Part shown: in pieces, positions 38,480 to 50,475 of the stretch
Position numbering within the stretch: position 1 is the first letter of the stretch
Layout: each line of letters begins with the position of its first letter
NCBI RefSeq assembly: GCF_001194135.2
Contig: NC_068984.1
Location: 26,606,177 to 26,670,176, forward strand
From: Octopus bimaculoides
Taxonomy: Eukaryota
Reading direction: 5' to 3'
DNA: 64,000 nucleotides
Notes under the pieces: generated by a model
What the model saw: only the letters and a program-made list of their open reading frames with translations
Told to the model about the DNA's origin: nothing
Database searches by the model: none
Program-made: the position numbers and the translations under genes

Positions 38480-39200
38480 GATATTTCGTTAAAAAACAGC
38501 GATGGGTTTCAAAAACTATGTTGTGCATTGTGAGGATAGACTATTATCTGCAGCCAGAAATATCGAAGAAATCAATTAAAAAATGAAAGATTTCAAGAAT
38601 AGAAATAAGTAAATGAAATAACTATTTAAATAGAAAAATGATGAATGTATGGAAATACGGACGAAAATATTAATCATCTGAAAATATTAATCATTTGCTA
38701 AGCGAGAGAAGTAAGCTAGCGTAAAAAGAGAATAAACGAAGACATTACAGTGTCAGTAAAGGTCCATGGAGTTGTTAGCCACATCTGTGGGTCTGAAGAG
38801 ATGAGAAATGGGTGTGAATACGAGACAGAGTCGATATAAACATTATAATTGCACGATTCTATGGGATTTTTCCAGACAGAATGACCATACTATGGAGGTA
38901 AGGAAACCAGATAAGTTCGTAGATTAATAAAGAGGAAGTAGTCTAAAAATATTTAATTAACAATCCAATATGATTGTAGAGTGGATAACAAAGAAAATGA
39001 GAAACTTGAGAAACATCCAGACTAAACCACAAAGATGAAGAGATTGCAGTTCATGTGGTAACTCGTGCATGCTCTGCTACTACTTAAGAGCTGAATGATA
39101 TTGGAATTGAGAAGCGTATAGTCGTCATATAGAAAAGTGTCACTCTGCATTCTGTAAGAATCCTAAGAATCTTGAGATCTGAGAAAACTTTTGCCCCAAA
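38480..39200 (+). mobile_element. Heavily degraded R4/Dong-type LINE
   Basis: Piecewise translation VHCEDRLLSAARNIEE..KDFKNR, WDF..DHTMEVRKPD, RVDNKENEKLEK and IEKCHSAFCKNPK-like remains of the LLxSARILRK terminus. Many stops and frameshifts. Confidence 0.55.
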
Positions 39201-39244
39201 GCGCTAATTTTTTAATCCGGCTACCTCCTTAATAATAATAATAA

Positions 39245-40055
39245 AAGAACGGCAGCTTCCCATTATGTCGTATATGCCAACAACAAAATGAAACCATCGA
39301 TCATGTTGTCTCCATGTGCAGTCTGCTTGCGCCTACAGAGTATCTCAACAGGCATGATAGAGCTGCACAATATATTCACTGGGTAATATGCAAAAACCTG
39401 GACTTGCCCCATGATAAAAACTGGTGGGAACACAAACCACCCCCAGTACTTGAAAATGATCACATTGCACTCCTCTGGAACTTCACCATTCAAACTGACA
39501 GAAAGATAGACGCAAATAGGCCAGACATCATACTGAAAGACTTCAGACAAAAATCATGCNNNNNNNNNNNNNNNNNNNNNNNNNNNNNNNNNNNNNNNNN
39601 NNNNNNNNNNNNNNNNNNNNNNNNNNNNNNNNNNNNNNNNNNNNNNNNNNNNNNNNNNNNNNNNNNNNNNNNNNNNNNNNNNNNNNNNNNNNNNNNNNNN
39701 NNNNNNNNNNNNNNNNNNNNNNNNNNNNNNNNNNNNNNNNNNNNNNNNNNNNNNNNNNNNNNNNNNNNNNNNNNNNNNNNNNNNNNNNNNNNNNNNNNNN
39801 NNNNNNNNNNNNNNNNNNNNNNNNNNNNNNNNNNNNNNNNNNNNNNNNTACTGTCTATGTGATCTCAAATTTTAAAGCAAACACATAATTTTCTTATGGT
39901 TTCTTAAACATTCACTTGAACAAAACTGTACAAATCCAAATATATGGTACCCTAGGCATAACACCTACATGAACTTCTAACTTGTTGTCTCTTGAGGTCT
40001 CTGGGTGAGACTTGGATCCAACTTGTACAAATGCAAAACAAAAGTCAAACATAAA
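39245..40055 (+). mobile_element. R4/Dong-type RLE LINE 3' portion spanning a gap
   Basis: CRICQQQNETIDHVVSMC (CX2CX8HX4C knuckle), RHDRAAQYIHW and LWNFTIQTDRKIDANRPDIILKD. After the gap comes LSM* and a 3'UTR ending in (TAA)n. Preceded by (TAA)n. Confidence 0.9.
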
Positions 40056-40099
40056 ATAATAATAATAATAATAATAATAATAGTAATAATAATAATAAT

Positions 40100-40295
40100 T
40101 CCTTCCATTATAGGCACAAGGCCTGAAATTTTGGGGGTCGGGAACTAGCTGATCCCAATGTTCCACTGGTACTTAATTTATCGACCCCGAACGGATGAAT
40201 GACAAAGACGACCTTGGCGGAATTTGAATTCAGAACGTAAAGACGGACAAAATGCCACTAAGCATTTTGCCCGGCGTGCTAACAATTCTGCCAAC
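40100..40295 (-). mobile_element. SINE family A copy
   Basis: Its tail is the (TAA)n tract in which the R4 copy ends. Confidence 0.85.
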
Positions 40296-40661
40296 AACAA
40301 GAACAACAACAACTGAGAATCACCATAACTGATCGATACGAAAGGTATGTCAGTCTATTGACATTGGACTTCATTCACAGTAAATAAACAAAATAACAAA
40401 AAAATGTTAATACTTGATTAACGCAGTCCAACTGTCTGCAAACAAGATGAGATCAGTTAGTAGGGTGTGGTTCATTGCTGTTAGTGGTGTCATTGTAGTA
40501 AAGCTAAACAAATGTTTTATCAGCATGCAGTGCTGATTGCAGACAGAACGATGACGGTATTGTGATGACAGTTGTTTTGCCTACACACAGAAAAGATTCT
40601 CAATCATGACCCAACGATTCGCTAATAAGACCCAGTTTAAATATTTTCACAAAATATTCTA

Positions 40662-40785
40662 CAGTGTGTCCACAAAGCCTGGGTACATGGGGATTAACAC
40701 ATACTTTAAGAATTTATTATTTCTTATATTTAATTGTTTATGTTATTGTATTTACTACATGTACCCAAACTTTGTGGACACCCTG
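40662..40785. mobile_element. Tc1/mariner-type MITE, 124 bp
   Basis: 28-bp TIRs cagtgtgtccacaaagcctgggtacatg and catgtacccaaactttgtggacaccctg (25/28 match). TA on both sides and an AT-rich interior. Confidence 0.9.
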
Positions 40786-41490
40786 TATAATTGCGCCAAC
40801 AGCAACACCAACATCTACTGTGACCGAGTCGGTTACAGTAGATGTTCTGAAAATGGTATTCTGACATAGACTTGTGTTGGATTGTTAAATCTCAATGTAA
40901 TCCGCACAGCACAGTAAATTACATGCAATAACAATCGTACTTGCTTTCATTCAAGATATTCTTCAATGTATTTCATATTCTCCCCACACCAACCTGCCGC
41001 TTACACATATCTATATAAGCACGCGTAAACACACACACACACACACACAAGCTGGCACAAAAGCAAACAAAATATCCCTCCTATAAATTCAAACATAATG
41101 TAATTAAAAAAAGAAACCTAGTTTCGGCTGTCAAGGGCACATGGACTATTTTACAGAACAGATTTGAAATATAATGCCAAAAATCACGACCATTATAACC
41201 ACTGCAGCAGCAACACCTCCACTACTGTCGTCACCCCCCCCCCCNNNNNNNNNNNNNNNNNNNNNNNNNNNNNNNNNNNNNNNNNNNNNNNNCCCCCCCC
41301 CCCCCCACCACTACACAAACCACCGTCAACGCCACCAACCTCTCCGCAGACACCACTAACGCGTTTACTAGTTTCCTCAAATCCACGAAACCTCTTCTAT
41401 GGCACCGTCACCAGCACTAATACCGTTATTGTCCTACGCGAAACTATTACTAAGACCACTACTCTCTTTGATACCCCCATCTCTCCCTCT

Positions 41491-41535
<45 letters not shown>

Positions 41536-42246
41536 ACACACGTATACATGCACCCATACATGTATATGTATATATACATAATATATATATGCACACATAT
41601 ATATATACACACACATATATATATATGTATGTATATATATATATAAANNNNNNNNNNNNNNNNNNNNNNNNNNNNNNNNNNNNNNNNNNNNNNNNNNNNN
41701 NNNNNNNNNNNNNNNNNNNNNNNNNNNNNNNNNNNNNNNNNNNNNNNNNNNNNNNNNNNNNNNNNNNNNNNNNNNNNNNNNNNNNNNNNNNNNNNNNNNN
41801 NNNNNNNNNNNNNNNNNNNNNNNNNNNNNNNNNNNNNNNNNNNNNNNNNNNNNNNNNNNNNNNNNNNNNNNNNNNNNNNNNNNNNNNNNNNNNNNNNNNN
41901 NNNNNNNNNNNNNNNNNNNNNNNNNNNNNNNNNNNNNNNNNNNNNNNNNNNNNNNNNNNNNNNNNNNNNNNNNNNNNNNNNNNNNNNNNNNNNNNNNNNN
42001 NNNNNNNNNNNNNNNNNNNNNNNNNNNNNNNNNNNNNNNNNNNNNNNNNNNNNNNNNNNNNNNNNNNNNNNNNNNNNNNNNNNNNNNNNNNNNNNNNNNN
42101 NNNNNNNNNNNNNNNNNNNNNNNNNNNNNNNNNNNNNNNNNNNNNNNNNNNNNNNNNNNNNNNNNNNNNNNNNNNNNNNNNNNNNNNNNNNNNNNNNNNN
42201 NNNNNNNNNNNNNNNNNNNNNNNNNNNNNNNNNNNNNNNNNNNNNN

Positions 42247-42283
<37 letters not shown>

Positions 42284-43051
42284 AGCCCTAACATTTCAGG
42301 AGGTATGAGAGGTGAATATATTTATTTAACTGCTTGTCATACTTAGGATTATGACTGCCTTACAGCCTTTAACGTACAGTAATAATTGCAGTGTATAATA
42401 AATAATTTTACATGTCTGCACTAATGTGCATGCTACGCATTGTACAATACACTTGTATATTTATAAATCAGTGCAAATAAAGAAAGCTAGCTCATCAGAT
42501 CGCTAGGACATCATGGCTACACTAATTCTTTAACTCTAAGTATACATCCAAAATTTACTCTTTATATATACAATGTATGGAAGGCTAATACTAGATGAAA
42601 GTAGTTTGATATGGCTATTGAAAATAAACATAAATAATAAAGATATTTTGTTTCATGTCACTTAACGTGTTTGATCTACGTTCAGTGAATGAACTATTCC
42701 CAGTATTTACAAAAGACTGGAAGAGATTGGAGGGGAATCAAAGTAGTTATATCAATTTTTTAAAAAAATTTGAAAGTATATAAAAGTACATACAAAAATG
42801 TAATAAAATATAATTTAAATGAATTCAAAAGGAAAGAGACAGCTGAAGATAAGACTAAAAGATAGTATTAAACAAAAATATTTTCAAATTGGGTTAAAGT
42901 TCAGAAGACCTCAAAATATTTTCTATCTAAATGAATTGTGAAACCAAAACAGTATTTACATCTACATAGAAGCATATAAAACCACATACATACATATGCA
43001 CACAATATAAATATGAATATACCTACACACCTCTATGTATAAGGATATATA

Positions 43052-43866
43052 CGAGGTGAGTTCAAAAAACATCCAACCATATTTTTCCCGCCAAAATTAA
43101 TACCGTGTGAATAAAATCTTTTGAGTGGGAGGTGACGCAACCCTTCCTGCACGTGTATGAATATTTTTGCTCGAGTGAGCCACTTCACTTCCCGGCTGTT
43201 ACGCCTAGAGTATAGATGTGTAGCGCACGCTCATCGGATTTTCGTTTTCTCGAAGGATGATAACCGAATGGATTGAGCTGAGACCAAAAACCCATGTCTC
43301 ATCACGAGTGACGATAGCCTTTACGAAGTATGATGATGGTTGGCACAGTCTAGTATGTCCTGAGTGATTTCCATGCAGAGTTGCTTCTGTTACTCTGTCA
43401 GCACCTTGGGGAACGAGTTTCTCCAACACTCTCTGCATGCACAAATCCTTCGTTAAAATGGATTGCACTGGTCCTGTGCCTATTCCCACTTCGTGGGCAA
43501 TTTCCTGGGTTGTTACACGACGGTCGTCTATGGCTATTTGCCAAATATTCTCAATCGGCTCCTCGTTTCGGCTGGTGGATGGCCTGTCTGAGCGTGCCTC
43601 CATCTCAATTGAGGTGTTTGAAGCGGTTGTCCCACTCCATGATCTGAGTTTTTCCCATGACATCATCGCCAAAGACCTGCTGAATCTTCTGGATGGTTTG
43701 AGCTTGAATATCACCAAGCCTTTGGCGAAACTTGATGCAATATCCCTGCTCCGTGTATCTAGTGAAAACGAAAATCCGACGAATGCGCATTTAACTTCTG
43801 CACTCTAGGCATAACAACCAGGAACTCACGCAGTCTATCGGCGTGCAAATTTTTCTCTGTATGAAC
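43052..43866 (-). mobile_element. Mariner derivative: short 5' arm (+, 43052-43272) facing an inverted long 5' arm (-) with a pseudogenised transposase N-terminus
   Basis: Starts TA|CGAGGTGAGTTCAAAAA. The minus strand reads EQGYCIKFRQRLGD..QQVFGDD..EW.NRFK / RPSTS..DDRRVT..ILTKDLCMQRVLEKLVP / KAIVTRDETWVFG. The motif cctagagt..cggattttcgtttt occurs in both arms. Confidence 0.85.
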
Positions 43867-43949
43867 ATTTATCGTATTTAATTGTATATAATGCAGTCCC
43901 GACTCCATTTACCGACGTTGTTACCGTGTTCACTGTATCATAAGTATTT

Positions 43950-44555
43950 CTACTATTACGATTTGGCCATAATTGGTATTTTTCATTGCGGCTTACATCT
44001 CCTTTGCTAGTATTTCGATGCGTATTTTCGTTAGATCCAATTGGTGGGTTATTGAACTTTTGTCGCATTTTGCTGTTGTTTATGCGATGCTTAAGCTGCT
44101 CTAAATTAGCAGAGTTAGTGTAGGATACCTTCACGGTGTGCTGATTAAAAATAGCATGATACCGATTAGATTTATAAAAACATTTGTCCAAAGCAGCAAA
44201 AAATTTTCCAGCGATCTTGTTTGAAACATGCGAATAGAAAATCGGGTTCAACAAGAGGACATCCTCCTTCCTATATTTGTTGAAACGCTTATTTGATTCA
44301 GTACAGGATAGAAACAAGCAGCTGGATTATTATTTTGCGTGTGTCTATGAGTTTTCGTTGATAGTTCATTGACATGACCAATTCTTCCTGGCCTGTATTC
44401 TCTATCTGAATGATTTCTCAAACCGTGACATTCTGATGGTGTACAATGTGTATTACAATTGGAGGAAATACCAGTGTTGTGTATGCCTGCTTCTTGTATA
44501 TATTGAATTTTTTCACGGTACCCAACCCTAGCTAGAGCAGCATTATAATAAGTTG
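43950..44555 (-). mobile_element. Penelope-like element fragment (RT thumb to GIY-YIG linker)
   Basis: YYNAALARVGYREKIQY and LNPIFYSHVSNKIAGKFFAALDKCFYKSNRYHAIFNQHTVKVSY match the PLE YxxAL..GY and WxNPPxSxxVxTNIGxKFLxLxDKxF..HxIFNRxTVKVSYSC motifs. Confidence 0.8.
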
Positions 44556-44621
44556 CATATGATATATACATCTACATATATTTATATAAATCTCTCTCTG
44601 TATCTCTCTCCATCTCTCTCT

Positions 44622-44663
<42 letters not shown>

Positions 44664-44742
44664 CTCATTTAGTTTACTGATCCATTATGGTAAGATCAAC
44701 AAAAAAAAATTCTCCATCCAGTGAGAAATAAATATCAATTAA

Positions 44743-45134
44743 TATAAGTGCTACTAATTTGTTGCCGTGAAGACACGTGGCTAGACACGTTTTTATAACA
44801 TGCCTTGTGTCTCCAATAATCCTTAGTCTCAGAGCACATAGCTTGTTCTATTTGAAAATCAGGACACAGGTACATGAGAAAGCGCGAGAGAAAAGCGAGA
44901 AGGTCGATACCAAAAGTAGAATGAGAAGACAAAAAAAAAAAAAAGGAATGAAAACGGAAGAGCAAAGGAAAGAACGACAGAAATTTGGGGTTACGTCCCT
45001 TTTGACCGTAGAAGTCAGAATCAACTAGTTGTTGTAGAATGATTCAACGAAGATTGCTTAGAGACACAAAGCACGTTATAAAAACCTGTCTAGCTATGTG
45101 TCTCCCCGACAAGAAACTATTAGTCGCTCTTATT
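44743..45134. mobile_element. TTAA-flanked element with about 80-bp imperfect terminal inverted repeats
   Basis: Arms 44743-44822 and 45052-45134 (ataag.gc.actaat..ttg.cg.g.agacac.t.gctagaca.gtttttataac.tgc.ttgtgtctc). TTAA at 44739-44742 and 45135-45138. Confidence 0.7.
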
Positions 45135-45237
45135 TTAATATAGTGTACATTAAATGATAAATATATATTATGTATATGTATACGTACCAGTCTCTGTGTG
45201 CCTGTGTGTCTCTTTGTCTAACTTATCTATCTGTCAG

Positions 45238-45293
<56 letters not shown>

Positions 45294-45569
45294 CCTCTAT
45301 AGCAATTTGTGTGTATGTCATTCAACAGACGTATGCACCTCCAGTACTTGAATATGATGGGTTAATGTTAACTAGGCTATTACATATTAAATTACACAAC
45401 TAAGCGTACGTAGTAAACAGTTATACAGTGTATGTAACTATACTGCATATAGTAATGCAAAATATATAATCACTTTATAAGGTGGTGATAATAAACGTGT
45501 GTTGGTATTGTACTGCAGAATATTCTGGTGAGAGGAGTTATGGCTTTAAGGCAGCATATTATTTTCTAG

Positions 45570-45638
45570 AGATGAATATTTTATGTGTGGACAACCACAA
45601 CAGTTTTATAATAACCTGCTTCGTAATATGTCCTGGAG
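45570..45638 (+). other. Candidate 69-nt symmetric exon
   Basis: Acceptor attattttctAG| and donor GAG|GTGAAT. Two frames are open (DEYFMCGQPQQFYNNLLRNMSW or MNILCVDNHNSFIITCFVICPG). Product not recognised. Confidence 0.15.
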
Positions 45639-46580
45639 GTGAATTATATTTTCCTCTATCTCACAGAAGTAGGTCATATATACATGTACACGGTTTTAAA
45701 TTACATTATATTTTGGAGAATTTTCATAAGTCCCATATTATAGTAGATGAATGATTTTTGTTGTTGTTATAGTATTTTCAGGCGGATTTGGGCAAGATTT
45801 CCACGTGTATCAGTTACTAATATATTTAATCCCTCTAGACTACGTGTAACCTATTAATCTAAGGTGCAGATGAAGAAACTAAATCGTTGTTTTGCTTTCG
45901 TGGATATGCTCTCATTGTTTTGATAACAGCATTTTTGCCGTCTGCTGGGTTTTAATTTCGACTAGAGTCACTTCTAGTAAACTTTGCTAAAACTGTATTT
46001 CTGAATTACTTTACGAATTCCCTATATTTTTCTGGCATTTGGTTATTTTTTTTTTCTTAAAAAAAATTATTGAAGAACAGAATTAATGGCGCTATTCTGG
46101 TATTCTGGCCAGGATAATTTATTCTAATATCTTTTAAAATTTACTGCTTTTTAAACAACTAAGAACTGAGATTGTATCCAAAATAAAAATATAATTTGAC
46201 ATGTATTCGATCTTATAGATTTCGAAGGAGTAATGTATGTTTTAAGAATTAAATCAAAAATAATAAGTGAATAATAATTAAATTAACAGTTATCAGACGA
46301 AGAGTCTGACAGAATAAGAAGCAATAGCCATAAATTAGTTTTTCCTAATTATTTTACATTTCAGTTATTCTACTCTTGCACTCAAATGTATTTTTGTATA
46401 TATTCGTTGGCAACAGCTGCCTTCAAATTCGTCTTCGTTACTCCAATATTTTTCTTAGGTGTCAAAGGTTTCTATGTTCATCTCGCAGTTTCTTTTTCAT
46501 TCTACACGGTAAATAACAAAGGTTGAGAAAGCAAATAAGCACGTTGTAACTTCGAGAATAACAGATTTCTCTACAACAAC

Positions 46581-46674
<94 letters not shown>

Positions 46675-49160
46675 TTGATAATAATAATAAAGGGAAGAAG
46701 AAACATTTGAAATATTGCCAAAATACACCGAAAAAATGATAAATAGTATGAAAACCAACAACAGTTTGCAAGCGATAAGAATACCTGTAGGTAGTACAAC
46801 AAGAAAGAAAAGAAGTAAAAAAAATAAAACAAAACAAAACAATAATTGTAAATTAATGTCAGTTGTTGTAGCAATTACAACAACCGCAAAAAACAGTGAC
46901 AATAAAAAAGATGTAAAAGCAACGATCTGTCTCATAGTTTTATCAAATTTGCAAATATAACGCATGTTTAAGCACTGTATTATACCCCGTATTCTGTACA
47001 ATAACAACAATTTCTTAAGTTGTAATAAAGGCAAAGGCTCAAATCTTTCTAGACATACATATACACGGTACACAGATTTCGCTCACGTTTAAATCCCCAC
47101 CACCACAGAGGGAGAGAGAGAGAAGGAAAGAGAGAGGGAGAAAGAGAGAAAGAGAACTAGAAACAGACAGAATGAGAGGGGAGAGAAAAGGGGATAGAGA
47201 TGCACACAAAATGTATGTGCCAATATGTGTACATTTTCTTTCCTTAGTTATTGGAAACCTCTAAGTAATCGTGGCAGTTTGTTGTTAACGATCTGTCTTC
47301 AGTTAAAATAATAAGATGTTTGTCGAAGGAGAGTAGTTCCATCATTGCCACTTNNNNNNNNNNNNNNNNNNNNNNNNNNNNNNNNNNNNNNNNNNNNNNN
47401 NNNNNNNNNNNNNNNNNNNNNNNNNNNNNNNNNNNNNNNNNNNNNNNNNNNNNNNNNNNNNNNNNNNNNNNNNNNNNNNNNNNNNNNNNNNNNNNNNNNN
47501 NNNNNNNNNNNNNNNNNNNNNNNNNNNNNNNNNNNNNNNNNNNNNNNNNNNNNNNNNNNNNNNNNNNNNNNNNNNNNNNNNNNNNNNNNNNNNNNNNNNN
47601 NNNNNNNNNNNNNNNNNNNNNNNNNNNNNNNNNNNNNNNNNNNNNNNNNNNNNNNNNNNNNNNNNNNNNNNNNNNNNNNNNNTTTATATATATATGTATA
47701 TATATATATATTTGTTTTCTAATTTTCTTTCATGCCAATCTACACAGAACTAACTTTATCATTCTTTTCTTTCATACTTTTTTTTTCTATTTATCTCTTT
47801 CTCACATCTTTTCTTCACACCTTCCTTCCCTCAATACAAGTTGCATTCTTATTTTTTGTTGTTTTATCAAAAAAAAATTATTCTTCGTTTACTTTTCCTT
47901 TTACTTGTCTTCGTCTTCAATTTCCCCCTTTGGTCTTAAGAGCAAACTTTTGCTCTCTGATATCCAACTAGAAAACACAATACACTTACGCAATAATCAG
48001 TTCATTTCCTGTCGAGTTTGTTTGTTTTGTATTACATGTTATTTGTTTTTATTTCATGGAATGGGGCGTTCAGCGTATTTGATGAGGCATGCACTTTTAC
48101 ATAATTATACTTTAGAATAATAAATTTATCACAGAATGCATTGGGAATTTATTTCAAAGGAAAATTGTTAAACGGCATACTTCAAAGATGTAATAGATAA
48201 ATTTATTAATCGCTAGGTAAACATGTCTAAAAGATCTGCTCCTTTTGAAAAAGAGCATCTGAAATCTATTGGTTCTGAGAAAAAGAAGGGTTGGTGAATT
48301 ATAGCTCTTGAATTAACTTCAGACTTATTTCTTTCCCTGTCCTGAGAGAGTATTATTAGATACCCAGGAGATCATAGACTCTGTTCCAAGAGGTTCTTTA
48401 GCTCAGACTTAGGTAAAAAATATATATTAGAGGGAGTGTATAGCTAAAATTCTCCATGAGATATAGGTAGATTTTAACAAAAATAATATGCATTCGGAGG
48501 ATTTATCAAAACCTTTTTACTTTAAAGGTAAAAGACAGATTTTTTCAGCTTGTTTCCGAAATAAATGCTAAATGTAATCAAATCTTACATTAATATTAAT
48601 CTCACCCTGTGACTTCTTCGTTCACAATAAAACACACTAGACTCAACTGAATACATAGATCAGGGTAAGGCTGTTAGTGCTGTTGGTTTCAAGTTTTTGG
48701 CGGAACATTTTATTTGGAAATGGTAATCTAACTTGAATAGTCCAGAAAACTGGTATCATAAAGGAGTACATTTGCAAAACTGAGGCAAACAAGATTGAAA
48801 TATGTACCGCATGTACCCATACTTATCCATGACAGAATCTTACACGAAACTTCTGAAATGTTTATTTGTTAAACTAAGTGTTTATTTGCTTTGCAGAAAA
48901 ATTAGTCTCATTAATTATGTATATGAATATGAAGGTAGAGGAGTGGCAGAAACTGTAAAATGTATAACTAAAAGCCTCGCAGTGTTAAATTACAGATATT
49001 TCACGTTCTCAGATCATACCATGACTTTGCTTTTCATTCTTTCAGTGAATGATAAAATATATAAATCAGGTTCAATTCTATTGTACTCTCCTTACAAAGA
49101 CTAGGTTCTTGGCACATTTGTACTTTTCTGTTAATGCTGGAAAATCATTACATGTGTGAG

Positions 49161-49250
<90 letters not shown>

Positions 49251-49634
49251 TTATATATATATATATATAAGTCAGTAAATAGTGGGGTTGTGTTAACCGC
49301 ACGTGGAGAAATAATAGGAAAATGAAAAAAAGCCAGAATGCTGAACTGGAAGCATAATTTAATAAAGATTTTTTCTAACCGGTTTTCATTGCGATGAAGC
49401 AAATTATCAAGAAGAAGGAGAATGAAAGTGTTTTTTTACAAAGAAGTACAAAAAAGTACAAAATGAAGAAAATAATATATAAAACAATAATATATAAAAA
49501 AATAAATATACCCATACATTATATTGTCTTTGAGCTTTTGTAGTTCAATAGTAGTTCATGTATAAATTGGTAGGAAAAATAAGGATGCATGAGAGTTGAG
49601 AGTTTTGTTAGGTTTAAAAAAAGGGTTAAAAGTT

Positions 49635-49669
<35 letters not shown>

Positions 49670-49677
49670 GAACACAC

Positions 49678-50475
49678 ACAAGAGCTGATCAATAAGTATC
49701 CAGACTGTTGCCATAGTAACGAAGCTAAAGCAGGCAGAGTGAAGCCGCTTGACACAGACTGACCTTGAACTCTGCTGTGCATGCACACTAAGTTTTGACG
49801 TTCTAGCTCACTGTTTACAACAGTGCTTCGAAGGAAGGTGTGAAGCGTGTGATCGTGGTATTGACCATGACAGGGAACGTTGTCATGGCGATACCTGCTC
49901 AGAGGAATACGCAAAGTTGCAGAAAGTGTATGGAGAGGAGTGTATGAGCCGCACACAAGTGTACGAGTGGTTCAGACGTTTCCAAGATGGCCAAAAATAT
50001 GTCGATATTGACGAACGTTCTGGGAGACCCTCAACTGGCAGAACTGAGAAAAACATCGCAGAGGAGAAATCGTCGAATCACCATCCGTGAGTTATCAGAA
50101 GGTGTGGAAATTATTTACGGTTCAGTTCAATCCATTATCACTGAAGACTTGTGTATGAGACGCGTGTCTGCCAAGTTTGTGCCAAAACTGCTTTCAGCTG
50201 ACCAATAAGACACTCGGGTTTCAGTTGCACAAGATCTTGATTGTGTCGAAAACGAGGAAAACGTTTTGAAAACTTTGCGTTGGCCTCTGAGTAGGTATCG
50301 CCAAGCTTTTGTCAAAATTTGATGCAGATTCTCTGCTCAACTTTCTCTGTCATGATCACTGCGACGATCAAACGCTGCATACCTTCCTTTAAAGCACTAC
50401 TGTAAACAGAACGTTTAAACTTTGTGCGCATGCACAGCAGAGTTCAAGGTTAATCTGTGTCAAGCGGTTTTACTC
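49678..50475 (+). mobile_element. Mariner foldback derivative: long 5' arm (+) joined at about 50272 to an inverted short 5' arm running into a gap
   Basis: The + strand reads KVYGEECMSRTQVYEWFRRFQDG..ERSGRPST / RRITIREL..ITEDLCMRRVSAKFVPKLL. The right arm in reverse complement reads MTEKVEQRICIKF*QKLGD and repeats the 5' UTR (ttgacacaga.t.accttgaactctgctgtgcatgc). Confidence 0.9.

Noticed and set aside
48355-48410. YPGDHRLCSKRF resembling a THAP-domain LCSxHF motif
   Set aside because: The conserved His is absent, and the upstream Cys motif is missing or interrupted by stops.
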